Positions 42,801-51,939 of a stretch of 64,000 bases of DNA are shown piece after piece. Source of the DNA: Candidatus Poribacteria bacterium (lineage in GTDB: Bacteria > Poribacteria > WGA-4E > WGA-3G); contig OZ243938.1 in assembly GCA_965214095.1 (NCBI GenBank), forward strand, positions 1,728,001 through 1,792,000, in the 5' to 3' direction. Every line of letters starts with the position of its first letter. Positions within the stretch are counted from its first letter, which is position 1. The position numbers and the translations under genes were made by a program. The notes beneath the pieces are model-generated. The model was given only the letters and a program-made list of their open reading frames with translations, searched no databases and was not told the DNA's origin.

Positions 42801-45528
42801 TGGGACAGATGCGGCAGCTTTCAGCATTGATAGAACAACCGGACAGTTAAAAACCAAAACGGCACTGGACTATGAAAGCAAACGTGTCTATCGGGTCACA
42901 ATCACTGTCTCTGATGGTAGTCTCACGGATACCATTACCGTCACTATCAACATCACGGATATAGATGAAACTGTTCCAAACCGCGCGCCTGTGTTCACGG
43001 AAGGCAGCACTGCGACCCGTTCTGTAGCAGAGAATACCGCAGCGGGACAACACATCGGCACGGCAGTGGCTGCCACGGATGCAGACGGCAACACCTTAGC
43101 TTATACTCTCGGTGGAACAGATGCTGTCTCATTTGGTATTGACAGAACCACTGGACACCTCAAAACCAAAGCAGCACTTGACTATGAAACCAAAACCACC
43201 TATACCGTGACTATCACCGTTTCCGATGGAACACTGACAGATACGATCACTGTTATCATCAACGTTACCGATGTTGATGATACACAACAACAACAACAAC
43301 AAATAGCTGCAGTGTGTCAAGTAGGAGATATCCTCGGTCCAGGTGAGAGTTGCACTTACCCCGACACAGATGCTGTTTTTTCTGTGCAAAACGATGGTGA
43401 ATCGAGATGGAATATCCCAAATTTACCACCGTTGCTCCAGTGGATAAACCAAGTCTCTATTGGCGGATCAATGCGTGTTTCCACTACTGTTAACGGTGTG
43501 GATTACCACATCGTTGCTGAACAGACAGGAAGTTCTTGGGAAATCAAAGAGATAGGCGATCAAGGCGTGCAAGAACCAGAAACACCACAATCTAACCCGC
43601 CTGGGACCACGCCTACGTTAACCGCATCCACTTCATCTACTCTGACAGAGGCGACGCTCCATGAAAACGTTGTCACCCTTACACTCAGTAATGGTTCCTA
43701 TGTGAGGTCAATCTTTGATATTCAAGATGCGGTGTCTGTCTCTGGGATAACCGGTGTCTCATACCCGTGGCACGACCCAGACAAAAAGAGCGACACTGAA
43801 CTCTCGCTTAAACTTGAGTTTGATGGAAACATGACCACAGATGGCACACTTACCTTCACCGTTGGGTCGGACGCTATACAAAACTACAGTGGTTCTGCAC
43901 TCACTGCAACAATATCTGTCTCCGCTACCACAGAGTCTATCACTGCTTCAACGTCGTCCGCGTTGACAGAAGCAACATTGGACGGGGCTAAAGTTACGCT
44001 GACACTTAGCGGTCGTAAGTTTGAACGTTCCATCTTTGATATTAGAGATGAAGTGTCTGTCTCTGGAATAACCGGTGTCACATTCCCGTGGCACGACCCA
44101 GACAGAAGCAGCGACACCGTTCTGACACTTAAACTTGAGTTTGATGGAGACATGACCACAAATGGCACCCTTACCTTTACTATCGGTGCGGATGCCATCG
44201 CGGGGTATAAAGGTTCTGATCTCACAGCACAAATCAATGTAACTGCGACTGGAGGCACATCAACACCTACACCCGCTAACAATGCCCCAGTATTCAGTGC
44301 TGGCACAACCGTCACTCGTTCTGTAGCAGAGAACACAGCATCTGGCACAAACATCGGCACGGCGGTATCAGCCACAGATTCAGATAACGATACGCTCACC
44401 TATACGCTCAGTGGTACAGATGCCTCCTCGTTTAGTATTGTTAGCACATCAGGGCAGCTCCAAACCAGCGCAGCGTTAGACTACGAAACGAAAAATACCT
44501 ACTCTGTTACCGTCTCAGTCTCCGATGGCAATGGCGGTAGTGATAGCATTACCGTCACTATCAATATCACAAACATAACTGAAACATCCACGGCAACGCT
44601 AAGCATAACCAGTTCAAGTTCTATCACAGAAGCAACGTTGCATGATGCTGTCATATCTCTGAATCTCAGTGGGTATACCTTTGAACGTGCATTCTGGGAT
44701 CTTGATGATGAGATATCTGTTTCTGGGATTACCGGTGTCAGTTACGACGATTTCTTTGATGTAGACCGCATAAGTAGTACTGAGGTACAGATTGAACTTT
44801 CGTTTGATGGCAATATGACAGAAGATGGAACGTTGACCTTTACTGTGAGTTCGGGTGCTATAGTTAATTATGATGGTTCTGCACTCACTGCAACACTATC
44901 TGTTTCTGCTGTCACAGAGTCCATCACTGCTTCAACGTCGTCCGCATTGACAGAAGCAACGTTGGACGGTACTGAGGTTACGCTGACACTTAGTGGTCGT
45001 AAGTTTGCACGTTCCATCTTTGATATTAGAGATGCGGTGTCTGTCTCTGGGATAACCGGTGTCACATTCCCGTGGCACGACCCAGACAAAAAGAGTGACA
45101 CTGAACTCTCGCTTAAACTCGAGTTTGATGGAGACATGACCACAAATGGCACCCTCACCTTTACTGTCGGTGCGGATGCAATAGCAGGATATAATGGACC
45201 TGATCTCACAGCGCAGGTAACAGTTACCGCAAGCGGCGGGAACGCGCTCGGGGCAAACTTCCCCAACCCGTTCAACCCAGAGACGTGGATACCGTATCAG
45301 TTGTCTAAATTTGCGGATGTCACATTGACGATCTATAATATGCGGGGTGTTGCTGTACGGAAGTTGATGTTGGGACATAAAGCTGCAGGGATATATCAGA
45401 ACCGTTCCCGTGCAGCGTATTGGGATGGTAAAAATGAGTTTGGCGAACCTGTAGCAAGTGGTGTGTATTTCTATATGCTCAAAGCAGGTGACTTCACCGC
45501 TACGCGCAAGATGTTAATACGGAAGTAA
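39880..45528 (+). CDS. 1882-aa secreted mosaic adhesin: 2 Cys-pair domains, 7 cadherin-like domains, short LRR, jelly-roll-like domain, 4 PLTEATL repeats, CTD
   Basis: APVF..G...RSVAENT...LDYE cadherins, with a 303-bp near-exact duplication at 41461/41764; CQVGD...GESCTYPDT twice; GSDDSIKVWLNG motif; NFPNPFNPETWIPY. Confidence 0.9.
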   Translation: MMKTVFGKQKNLISILVTCLIMLMLHVTSFDAAPAAGGICQVGDTIAPGESCTYPDTTTEFSVNASGTGQFLFLSAANNLNLEDTTINGVTYTFVAKKLASGSWKIEQIGTDPGTTNTAPVFTDGTSTTRSVAENTAANTNIGTAIAATDADNDTLTYTLGGTDAASFGIVSTSGQLQTKAALDYETKTSYSVTITVSDGNSGSDSITVTINVTDVNETIIISSRFVPVADRTLEVRDAIVAAVPNVTDAAKVTKAQVAAITSLNLRNAGIIALKAGDFSGMTALTSLNLYNNQLSSLPNRIFEGLTSLTTVRLGRNAVDPLPFIVSLEKVADGEFKAVAPAVALFNIVLPITVTNGSVTGGATTVTIPRGSMVSDTLAVTRTAGTTAHVTVDIEAFPNLPHNHYGYTLAKSGNLPLIIIRGTNTAPVFTNGTSTTRSVAENTASNTNIGSPVSATDADRDTLTYRLGGIDASTFNIVSTSGQLQTKAALDYETKISYSVTVSVFDGNGGSNSIAVRINVTDVRENSAPVFTEGSTATRSVAENTAAGQHIGTAVAATDADGNTLAYTLGGTDAASFGIDRTTGHLKTKASLDYETKTTYTVTITVSDGTLTDTITVTINVTDITENRAPVFTESSTATRSVAENTAAGQHIGTAVAATDADGNTLAYTLGGTDAASFGIDRTTGHLKTKASLDYETKTTYTVTITVSDGTLTDTITVTINVTDVDESLDTPSESSYDHIEGPWLWMIAAGGNINTDNLSEASDGVITEAQIAQNGVNEDDHFNELQWTSGRLLPTTVCGIFLCSSDNVINVVRKIGLTNSNQLSYYSAYAFINIYSPRDQNNVLMGVGSDDSIKVWLNGSVVYKNDISRRTTGIQNRFRVNLNAGNNLLFVKVCNHGLPGFNDDWGMFFKIYLDTQDYTISLPMKDIENTAPVFTEGSSTARSVAENTVSGLGIGTAVSATDANNYTLTYSLGGTDAAAFSIDRTTGQLKTKTALDYESKRVYRVTITVSDGSLTDTITVTINITDIDETVPNRAPVFTEGSTATRSVAENTAAGQHIGTAVAATDADGNTLAYTLGGTDAVSFGIDRTTGHLKTKAALDYETKTTYTVTITVSDGTLTDTITVIINVTDVDDTQQQQQQIAAVCQVGDILGPGESCTYPDTDAVFSVQNDGESRWNIPNLPPLLQWINQVSIGGSMRVSTTVNGVDYHIVAEQTGSSWEIKEIGDQGVQEPETPQSNPPGTTPTLTASTSSTLTEATLHENVVTLTLSNGSYVRSIFDIQDAVSVSGITGVSYPWHDPDKKSDTELSLKLEFDGNMTTDGTLTFTVGSDAIQNYSGSALTATISVSATTESITASTSSALTEATLDGAKVTLTLSGRKFERSIFDIRDEVSVSGITGVTFPWHDPDRSSDTVLTLKLEFDGDMTTNGTLTFTIGADAIAGYKGSDLTAQINVTATGGTSTPTPANNAPVFSAGTTVTRSVAENTASGTNIGTAVSATDSDNDTLTYTLSGTDASSFSIVSTSGQLQTSAALDYETKNTYSVTVSVSDGNGGSDSITVTINITNITETSTATLSITSSSSITEATLHDAVISLNLSGYTFERAFWDLDDEISVSGITGVSYDDFFDVDRISSTEVQIELSFDGNMTEDGTLTFTVSSGAIVNYDGSALTATLSVSAVTESITASTSSALTEATLDGTEVTLTLSGRKFARSIFDIRDAVSVSGITGVTFPWHDPDKKSDTELSLKLEFDGDMTTNGTLTFTVGADAIAGYNGPDLTAQVTVTASGGNALGANFPNPFNPETWIPYQLSKFADVTLTIYNMRGVAVRKLMLGHKAAGIYQNRSRAAYWDGKNEFGEPVASGVYFYMLKAGDFTATRKMLIRK

Positions 45529-45607
45529 ATTTGTCCAAACTCAGGTGGTTTCTGTGTTATTCACACAATCACAGAGACCACCCTCTCACAATAAGGTCAA
45601 AGAACTC

Positions 45608-47884
45608 ATGAAAACAACACTATATCTTACACTCACACTAATCACTTTTGTAACACTTGCATTTGTACCGGGCAGTTTCGCACAAGACGACTCACCCGAA
45701 TATGTTGTGCGGACAATCTACTTTCTTCCAAACGACAGGGAACCTCAACCAGATATAGACACAAAATTGGATACACTAATGAAGGACGCACAGCAATTAT
45801 ATGCCGACGTGATGGAATCCCATGGATTCGACAGAAAAACTTTTCAGCTTGAAACGGATGAGAACAGTAAAGTTATAGTTCATCATGTCAATGGCGAGTC
45901 CAATGATACATATTATCATAATGGAACTTTCAGTAAGGTCATAGATGAACTCAGTCCAAAATTTGATACGTCAAATAACATCTATTTTGTAGCAATAGAT
46001 ATTAGTAGTGAAAAATTTGATGTTGACCGACCCAATAGTCATATATGTGGAATCTCTGGTGGAAAATGGGCAGCTACCCCCGCATCTGGGGTTTGCTTTA
46101 ACTATAGGGTTATTGCTCATGAACTTGGGCATAACTTTGGATTGTCTCATGACAAGATCAACTATTCTTATATTGAGGCAATGATTGATTCTTTATGTAG
46201 TGCTGAGTGGTTAGATGTCCAACCCTATTTCAACGAAGAAAGCCAAACTAATTTCATTGAACCTACAACGGTTAATATGCTGACTCCAAGTCGTGCACCA
46301 TCATCAAACGCCGTTCGATTTAGTTTTGAAGTGCGCGATCCTGATGGACTCCATCAGGCACAATTGTATATACCATTTCTTGATAGTGTAGTTGCTTGTA
46401 AACGATTAAACAGCCAGAGCACCATCGTCGAATTTGACACGACCTATGTGGCATCAGACCTTAACTCTGTGGGCCTTAAAGTTATAGATGTAGACGGAAA
46501 TCACACATATCATCATTTTCAGATTGATATTTCTGAATTCCTACTACCACCTAAAAAGGTAACAATACCGGATGCAACTTTAGCTGCAGCAATCCGAGCA
46601 TACACCCGCCTTCCACCAAATGCAGACATTACAACCGATACAATGGTGCGATTAACAAGATTGTTTAGAATATCAGATGATTTAATAACAGATATCACCG
46701 GTCTTGAACATGCAACCAATTTAATAAGTTTATCTTTATCTCATCCGAATTCTTTATCATCTCACCCGGATGAAATAACGGATTTCTCGGCTTTGAGTGG
46801 ATTAAGAGAACTGAGATCACTGGGGCTTGCTCGCCTTGGTATCTCTGATCTATCTGATTTATCCGTGCTATCAACGTCAACGAAACTGCAAACGCTATAC
46901 CTTCAGAATAATGCTATTAAGGACATATCCGTATTGGCAGGATTAACAAACTTAGAAATATTGGAACTGTGGAATAACAATATCAACAATATCACACCGA
47001 TAGCGGGATTGACCAATTTGACTTACTTAGACCTTAATGGTAATCAAATTAGTGATATCACACCACTCAGAGGATTGACCAATTTGACTTACTTAAGCCT
47101 TAGTAGTAATCGAATTAGTGATATCACACCGCTTACAGAATTAACGAATTTGACTTACTTAAGCCTTAGTAGTAATCGAATTAGTGATATCACACTACTC
47201 ACTAAATTAACGAAATTGCGAAAATTATTCCTTGTTGGAATTAGAATTAGTGACATCACACTAATTTCAGAATTAACGAATTTACGAGAATTAGCACTGG
47301 TGAGTGCTGAAATTAGTGACATCACACCACTTGCAAAGTTGCATAATTTAGAGAGGTTACAACTTCAGGATAATCGAATTAGTGACGTTAGCCCACTTAT
47401 TGAACTCGTAAACCTTAAAGAATTATATCTAATGGACAACCCAATTAAGAACCGAAAACCCCTTCTTGCACTCTTGCGAAAGAATCCAGATATCAAAATC
47501 TATCTCAAAAATAGTCGTGAACCGTTGCCTGTAACCTTATCCCATTTCCGAGCAGAACACACCGAAGCAGGCGTTCTCCTCAAATGGACAACCGAATCTG
47601 AGGTAGACAACGCAGGCTTCTACATCTACCGCAGCAAAACGAAGAATGGCGAGTTCAAGGTCGTCAATCCGACCCTGATACAAGGTGCTGGCACAACGGG
47701 TGAACGCAACGAGTATTCGTGGACAGATACTACTGCTAAACCGAACACTGTCTACTATTATCGGATAGAGGATGTCTCACATGCGGGTGTGCGGGAACAG
47801 TTAGCCACTGTTCGGTTGAGAGGGCTTATATCTGCAAAGGGTAAACTCACGACAAGATGGGCAGATTTGAAAGCAGAGAGATAA
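45608..47884 (+). CDS. Secreted zinc peptidase-like (HELGHNFGLSH) + internalin-type LRR + PLPVxLS CTD protein
   Basis: Paralog of 4590..6761; ends GKLTTRWADLK. Confidence 0.9.
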   Translation: MKTTLYLTLTLITFVTLAFVPGSFAQDDSPEYVVRTIYFLPNDREPQPDIDTKLDTLMKDAQQLYADVMESHGFDRKTFQLETDENSKVIVHHVNGESNDTYYHNGTFSKVIDELSPKFDTSNNIYFVAIDISSEKFDVDRPNSHICGISGGKWAATPASGVCFNYRVIAHELGHNFGLSHDKINYSYIEAMIDSLCSAEWLDVQPYFNEESQTNFIEPTTVNMLTPSRAPSSNAVRFSFEVRDPDGLHQAQLYIPFLDSVVACKRLNSQSTIVEFDTTYVASDLNSVGLKVIDVDGNHTYHHFQIDISEFLLPPKKVTIPDATLAAAIRAYTRLPPNADITTDTMVRLTRLFRISDDLITDITGLEHATNLISLSLSHPNSLSSHPDEITDFSALSGLRELRSLGLARLGISDLSDLSVLSTSTKLQTLYLQNNAIKDISVLAGLTNLEILELWNNNINNITPIAGLTNLTYLDLNGNQISDITPLRGLTNLTYLSLSSNRISDITPLTELTNLTYLSLSSNRISDITLLTKLTKLRKLFLVGIRISDITLISELTNLRELALVSAEISDITPLAKLHNLERLQLQDNRISDVSPLIELVNLKELYLMDNPIKNRKPLLALLRKNPDIKIYLKNSREPLPVTLSHFRAEHTEAGVLLKWTTESEVDNAGFYIYRSKTKNGEFKVVNPTLIQGAGTTGERNEYSWTDTTAKPNTVYYYRIEDVSHAGVREQLATVRLRGLISAKGKLTTRWADLKAER

Positions 47885-47886
47885 TT

Positions 47887-47966
47887 CCTGTGGCAAGTGG
47901 ACTCTATTCTACACACTCACCACAAGAGATTTTTCGGCTACGCGGAAGATGTTGATACGGAAGTAG
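47887..47966 (+). repeat. Orphan CTD tail (PVASGLY/YTLTTRDFSATRKMLIRK*) followed by linker hairpin
   Basis: Homologous to the last ~80 bp of 39880..45528, with a small deletion. Confidence 0.85.
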
Positions 47967-48080
47967 TATTTCACAAAACATGGAAGGGTGGAAAATAACA
48001 CCCTTCCATTCAACTAAAAGCTGGATGGCTGGCTGCCATCTCTGACATTCCTGAACATTTACGGCAAAGGAGTATAACTC

Positions 48081-49574
48081 ATGAAAGTCTTGAAATTTGC
48101 TTGGCTATCTGTTCTATTGTTGATGGTTTTATGTCTCAGTTGCAAACCAGTAGAAACTGGACAGGTGGAATTTGAAAAAATGTTAGAACATCCCGAAGAA
48201 CATTGGTATGACTTGAAAAGGATGGGAATGAAATATGGACACATACGCATATATCTCGAAAAAGTCCAGTATAAAGGAAAGGAAATGATTCGAAGTAGAA
48301 TGGACATAGTGATGCGAACTAATGATTTTGGAAAAGAAACAAAAATTGAGACGAAACGAATTCAGTACTTGGATTCCAATTTTGCGCTTCGCTATTTTGT
48401 ATTTACCTCTAATGCATCTGGAGCGATGCAAGTTGAAGGAACAATTAGAGATAGTGTCGCATACATCACGACAACACTAAATGGTGAAACAACCGAATCA
48501 GAAGTTGCTGTCCCTGATGATACGCTCTCCGATATCGTCGTAGTAAACTATTTGTTATCCAACGGCAAAATGAATATTGGTAAAAAACTCAAATATCACA
48601 AGTTCGATTTAGACCTTTTGCAACCCATTAAAACAGAACTCCTCGTTGTGGAGGAAGCAAGTCTAACGTATCAATCTGAAAAAAAACAGGTCTATATTTT
48701 GGAAGAAAAGATGGACATTCTAGGCGGTATTAACAGTCGCCTGTGGGTTGCCAGTAACGGAATAATGTATAAAGCTGAAACAGATATGTCGGGAGTATCT
48801 ATAGTGATAACGAAAACAGATAGGGAAACAGCACTTGGTGCTGTTGAACTAGTTAATATGTCCTTAGGTAATCGTATCATCCCCACTGGTAAAAAACCGA
48901 AACAGGGAGCATCCAGATTTGTGGCGAATTTACAACTTTCAAAAGGCAGCCTCAAAAATACTATCATGACAAACAGTCGCCAAAAACTTGAATTGAATTC
49001 TGAACGTTCCGGTACTCTTTCTATTGAGATTCCGAAAGTTATGGAAGAAGATTGTGTTAATTTACCGATTGAGAATCCGGAGTTTCAGACTTTTCTTTCG
49101 GCAACTGTATTTATCGAAGCAGCCCATCCGGATATACGTGCAAAAGCAGTTGAAATATTAGATGGGGAAGTAAATTCATGGCGGGCATCAAAAAAGTTAT
49201 GTAAATGGGTTTACAAATCTATTGATCGGAAAGTTGTGAATTCCGGTTGGAGTTCTGCACTAAAAACTCTTGAATCGCTTACCGGAGATAACATAGGAAA
49301 CACTGTCCTACTGATAGCGATGGCACGTTCAGTCGGAATTCCTGCACGCATCTGTTCGGGACTGATATTCTTGGATGGAATATTTTATTATCATATTTGG
49401 CCAGAGGTGTACGTCGGAACATGGATCCAAATGGACCCCGCAGTCGGGCAAATTATCGCTGACCCTCTTCATATACAACTTCATGGAAGCATTTTAGAAT
49501 CTGGCACCATGAATGAATTCACGGAAGGGTCTTTGCGCACTCTGAATCAACTTGAAATTGAAATTGTTGAATGA
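48081..49574 (+). CDS. Transglutaminase-like lipoprotein
   Basis: CLSC lipobox; AMARSVGIPAR...YHIWPEVY.G.WIQMDP; the catalytic Cys position reads GDN. Confidence 0.85.
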   Translation: MKVLKFAWLSVLLLMVLCLSCKPVETGQVEFEKMLEHPEEHWYDLKRMGMKYGHIRIYLEKVQYKGKEMIRSRMDIVMRTNDFGKETKIETKRIQYLDSNFALRYFVFTSNASGAMQVEGTIRDSVAYITTTLNGETTESEVAVPDDTLSDIVVVNYLLSNGKMNIGKKLKYHKFDLDLLQPIKTELLVVEEASLTYQSEKKQVYILEEKMDILGGINSRLWVASNGIMYKAETDMSGVSIVITKTDRETALGAVELVNMSLGNRIIPTGKKPKQGASRFVANLQLSKGSLKNTIMTNSRQKLELNSERSGTLSIEIPKVMEEDCVNLPIENPEFQTFLSATVFIEAAHPDIRAKAVEILDGEVNSWRASKKLCKWVYKSIDRKVVNSGWSSALKTLESLTGDNIGNTVLLIAMARSVGIPARICSGLIFLDGIFYYHIWPEVYVGTWIQMDPAVGQIIADPLHIQLHGSILESGTMNEFTEGSLRTLNQLEIEIVE

Positions 49575-49600
49575 GGATTGAAAGGTTTTAGATTAACATC

Positions 49601-49683
49601 GTGCCATCGAATTCTCTTTTTCGTTTAGAAGGATGTTATATCACAATCTTATCTTTGACAGTGGTCTGAATTTCCGATGGCAG
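49601..49683. repeat. Short inverted-repeat-bounded element (TGCCATCG ends)
   Basis: GTGCCATCGAATTC vs GAATTTCCGATGGCAG; single copy in the window. Confidence 0.45.
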
Positions 49684-49988
49684 TACAATCAGTTATATTA
49701 GCCTTTATATTAGTTGTAATAATAATTAAAAAAGATTAGTCTAAATATAACTTATATGTTATAATGTCTAAGGAAAACTTAATGATGAAAACAACTTTGG
49801 TTTCTACATTTATATTATTCATATTTTCACTTTTCACTTTTCTGCCGCAGGCTGCTTTCAACGATATTTCTAAGAAAAATATCAAAAAAGTAGTGATTTC
49901 TAAGAAAAATAGAGAAGCAAAAGTGTTTACAAACCATAACTTTCACCTGTTTGGAAATCCTAACAGGATGAAACTGTCCAACTATAGT

Positions 49989-50090
49989 TATAGTGAATTC
50001 TAAATATAAGTTGACACGTTCGTCCTATGGTAGTCGAGGTTTCCTAACCTCACTGATATAGAGTGTTCAAGTTCTTTCAAATTCTATTTA
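49989..50090 (-). mobile_element. MITE family A, copy 3 (degenerate), abutting family B
   Basis: Reverse complement aligns to 9735-9837; shares the TA junction with 50089-50225. Confidence 0.8.
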
Positions 50091-50225
50091 TGGTAAAACT
50101 TACAATTAATGAGACATATTGTCCCAATTACTTATTTATATAATGTCCGAGGCGCAATGAATTGCGCGACTACAAACGCGTTTTTCTAAATGTAAAGTGT
50201 ATTGTTAATTTTAAATTTCACTATA
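50089..50225 (+). mobile_element. MITE family B, copy 2
   Basis: 137 bp, near-identical to 29090-29226. Confidence 0.9.
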
Positions 50226-50257
50226 TAATATTACAATATTGTTCAAAGGAGTTACCA

Positions 50258-50833
50258 ATGAGAAAAAAGCAAGATTTTATCATTGTAAAAGCCATATTTC
50301 TACTATTGATTAGTATTTCTATCACATTAATGGGTTGTGAGAGAATGCAACAACAGACAGGAATTATTCCAACCCCACCTGAAAAACAAGCGAACGCAAC
50401 GATTGGCTCATCAAATGAAAGTGGAATAACCGGAGAAGCAGTTTTCACGCAAAACGGCGACCAAATCACGCTCATGATTGATATTCAAGGCGCATCCTCC
50501 GGTCTTCACGCCGTTCATATACACGAACACGGTGATTGCAGTGCACCCGATGGCACATCCGCTGGAGGTCATTGGAATCCCACAGGTGTTGCGCACGGCA
50601 AATGGGGAGAAGGTGAGTTTCATCTTGGGGACATCGGGAATATTAACGTCGGAGATGATGGAATGGATAGCATTTCATTAACCACTGATCTCTGGGAAAT
50701 CGGCACAGGTTCAGACATTGATGTTGTCGGGAAAAGCATTATTGTCCATGCTGGTGCTGACGACTTCACCTCACAACCTTCTGGTGCTGCGGGCATGCGT
50801 ATCGGTTGCGGTGTAATTGAATTATCAGAATAA
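50258..50833 (+). CDS. sodC: Cu/Zn superoxide dismutase lipoprotein
   Basis: HAVHIH, SAGGHWNP, AHG, HLGDIGNI, IIVHAGADD and GAAGMRIGCGVI motifs; LMGC lipobox; AAGGAG RBS. Confidence 0.95.
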   Translation: MRKKQDFIIVKAIFLLLISISITLMGCERMQQQTGIIPTPPEKQANATIGSSNESGITGEAVFTQNGDQITLMIDIQGASSGLHAVHIHEHGDCSAPDGTSAGGHWNPTGVAHGKWGEGEFHLGDIGNINVGDDGMDSISLTTDLWEIGTGSDIDVVGKSIIVHAGADDFTSQPSGAAGMRIGCGVIELSE

Positions 50834-50915
50834 CTGCAATAGTCCTTACTTTACTTTTCAAGGATGTCATGCTGGATTCGGGGGCTTGGACAGACAGCAG
50901 GACACCTTAAATTAC

Positions 50916-51018
50916 TATGGTGAAGTATAAAATTATATTTACACTTTCATCCGACGGTAGGCGAGGTTTCCTATCCTCGCCGGTGTAGAGTGTTCAAGTA
51001 ATTTCAAAATCTACTATA
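50916..51018 (-). mobile_element. MITE family A, copy 4
   Basis: 103 bp reverse copy. Confidence 0.85.
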
Positions 51019-51035
51019 ATATAAGGAGTTAAAAA

Positions 51036-51435
51036 TGTTTAGATTTAGTTATGTATGCTGAATCTTAACGATTCTGATCTGTTGTTTGCCTTCATATCAT
51101 GTGATGAAGCGAAGCAAATGATGGATCCAGTCATGCCGGTTGATGACATGAAGGAAACACCTGAACCGACACCGGCGGTAGAAACGCCTGATCCTCCACC
51201 AGTGGTAGAAACACCTGTAACTGGATTGCAGGAATCAATAATCGCAACTACAACTAACCCGTTGACAGAGGTGACATTGCATGAAAGCGTTGTTACAATC
51301 ACACTCAACAATAGAAGATTTGCAAGTTCTATTTTTGACATTAGAGATGCCGTATCGGTGTCTGGCATTGATGGTGTCACTATACCTTGGCACGAACCTG
51401 AACGAGAAAGTGATACATATGCAATCGATATTTAA
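51036..51435 (+). pseudogene. Truncated lipoprotein with Pro-rich linker and a partial PLTEATL repeat
   Basis: AAGGAG + ATG 51036 with broken signal peptide; FISC lipobox; NPLTEVTLHESVV...FASSIFDIRDA...IPWHEPERESDT, then breaks off. Confidence 0.75.
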
Positions 51436-51939
51436 ATCTGTTAGGCTTTGCCGGCAGGAGCAAGTAAAAAAGTCCTGCAACATTGTCCTGTGTGGAGACG
51501 AAAAACTCACACTTCTATGATTTCATCATAGATCCCCTAACATCCTGCGGGGAGATGTAAAACCCCCGCACTCACAACATCAAGAGATAAAACGGATCTG
51601 AAGATGACATTTTCAGAATACCTATTGAAGTTGGTTTGCCATGACGCTTAGAAAAATGATCCTCATTACAATGTATACGAACAACGCCTTTTTGTTTGGA
51701 CTGAGTTATGATTTATAGGTTTGCGGCTGTAACAAAAACTTGCATACCTCGCCGTGGCAGAGGCGTTTTAAAATATCTGCCACAAACGGACGACCACACA
51801 TATTTGCTTATCACGTCCTCTTCCCTAATGATAAACAAATTTGTGTCATTGTCTGTCGTCTTGCAGGGAGACGCTAAACCCCGTTCTTATTGGATATAGG
51901 TGTTCGTATTATGAGAAAATCTAGAAGTTATAGGCTCTT

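Noticed and set aside
43285-43302. (CAA)6 tract as a phase-variation switch
   Set aside because: A trinucleotide repeat in a linker; slippage keeps the frame.
31908-45378. Long antisense ORFs (e.g. 31908..33158, 43884..44399)
   Set aside because: Shadows of Thr/Ala/Asp-rich repetitive sense genes, with no RBS or domain signal.
29729-47884. Diversity-generating retroelement as the source of loop variation
   Set aside because: No reverse transcriptase or template/variable repeat pair is visible in the window, and the loops differ in length and at non-adenine positions. A trans-acting element elsewhere cannot be excluded.
49764-50003. 79-aa ORF with signal-like N-terminus
   Set aside because: Low-complexity, contains a short internal duplication (ATTTCTAAGAAAAAT twice) and runs into a MITE; at best a gene remnant.
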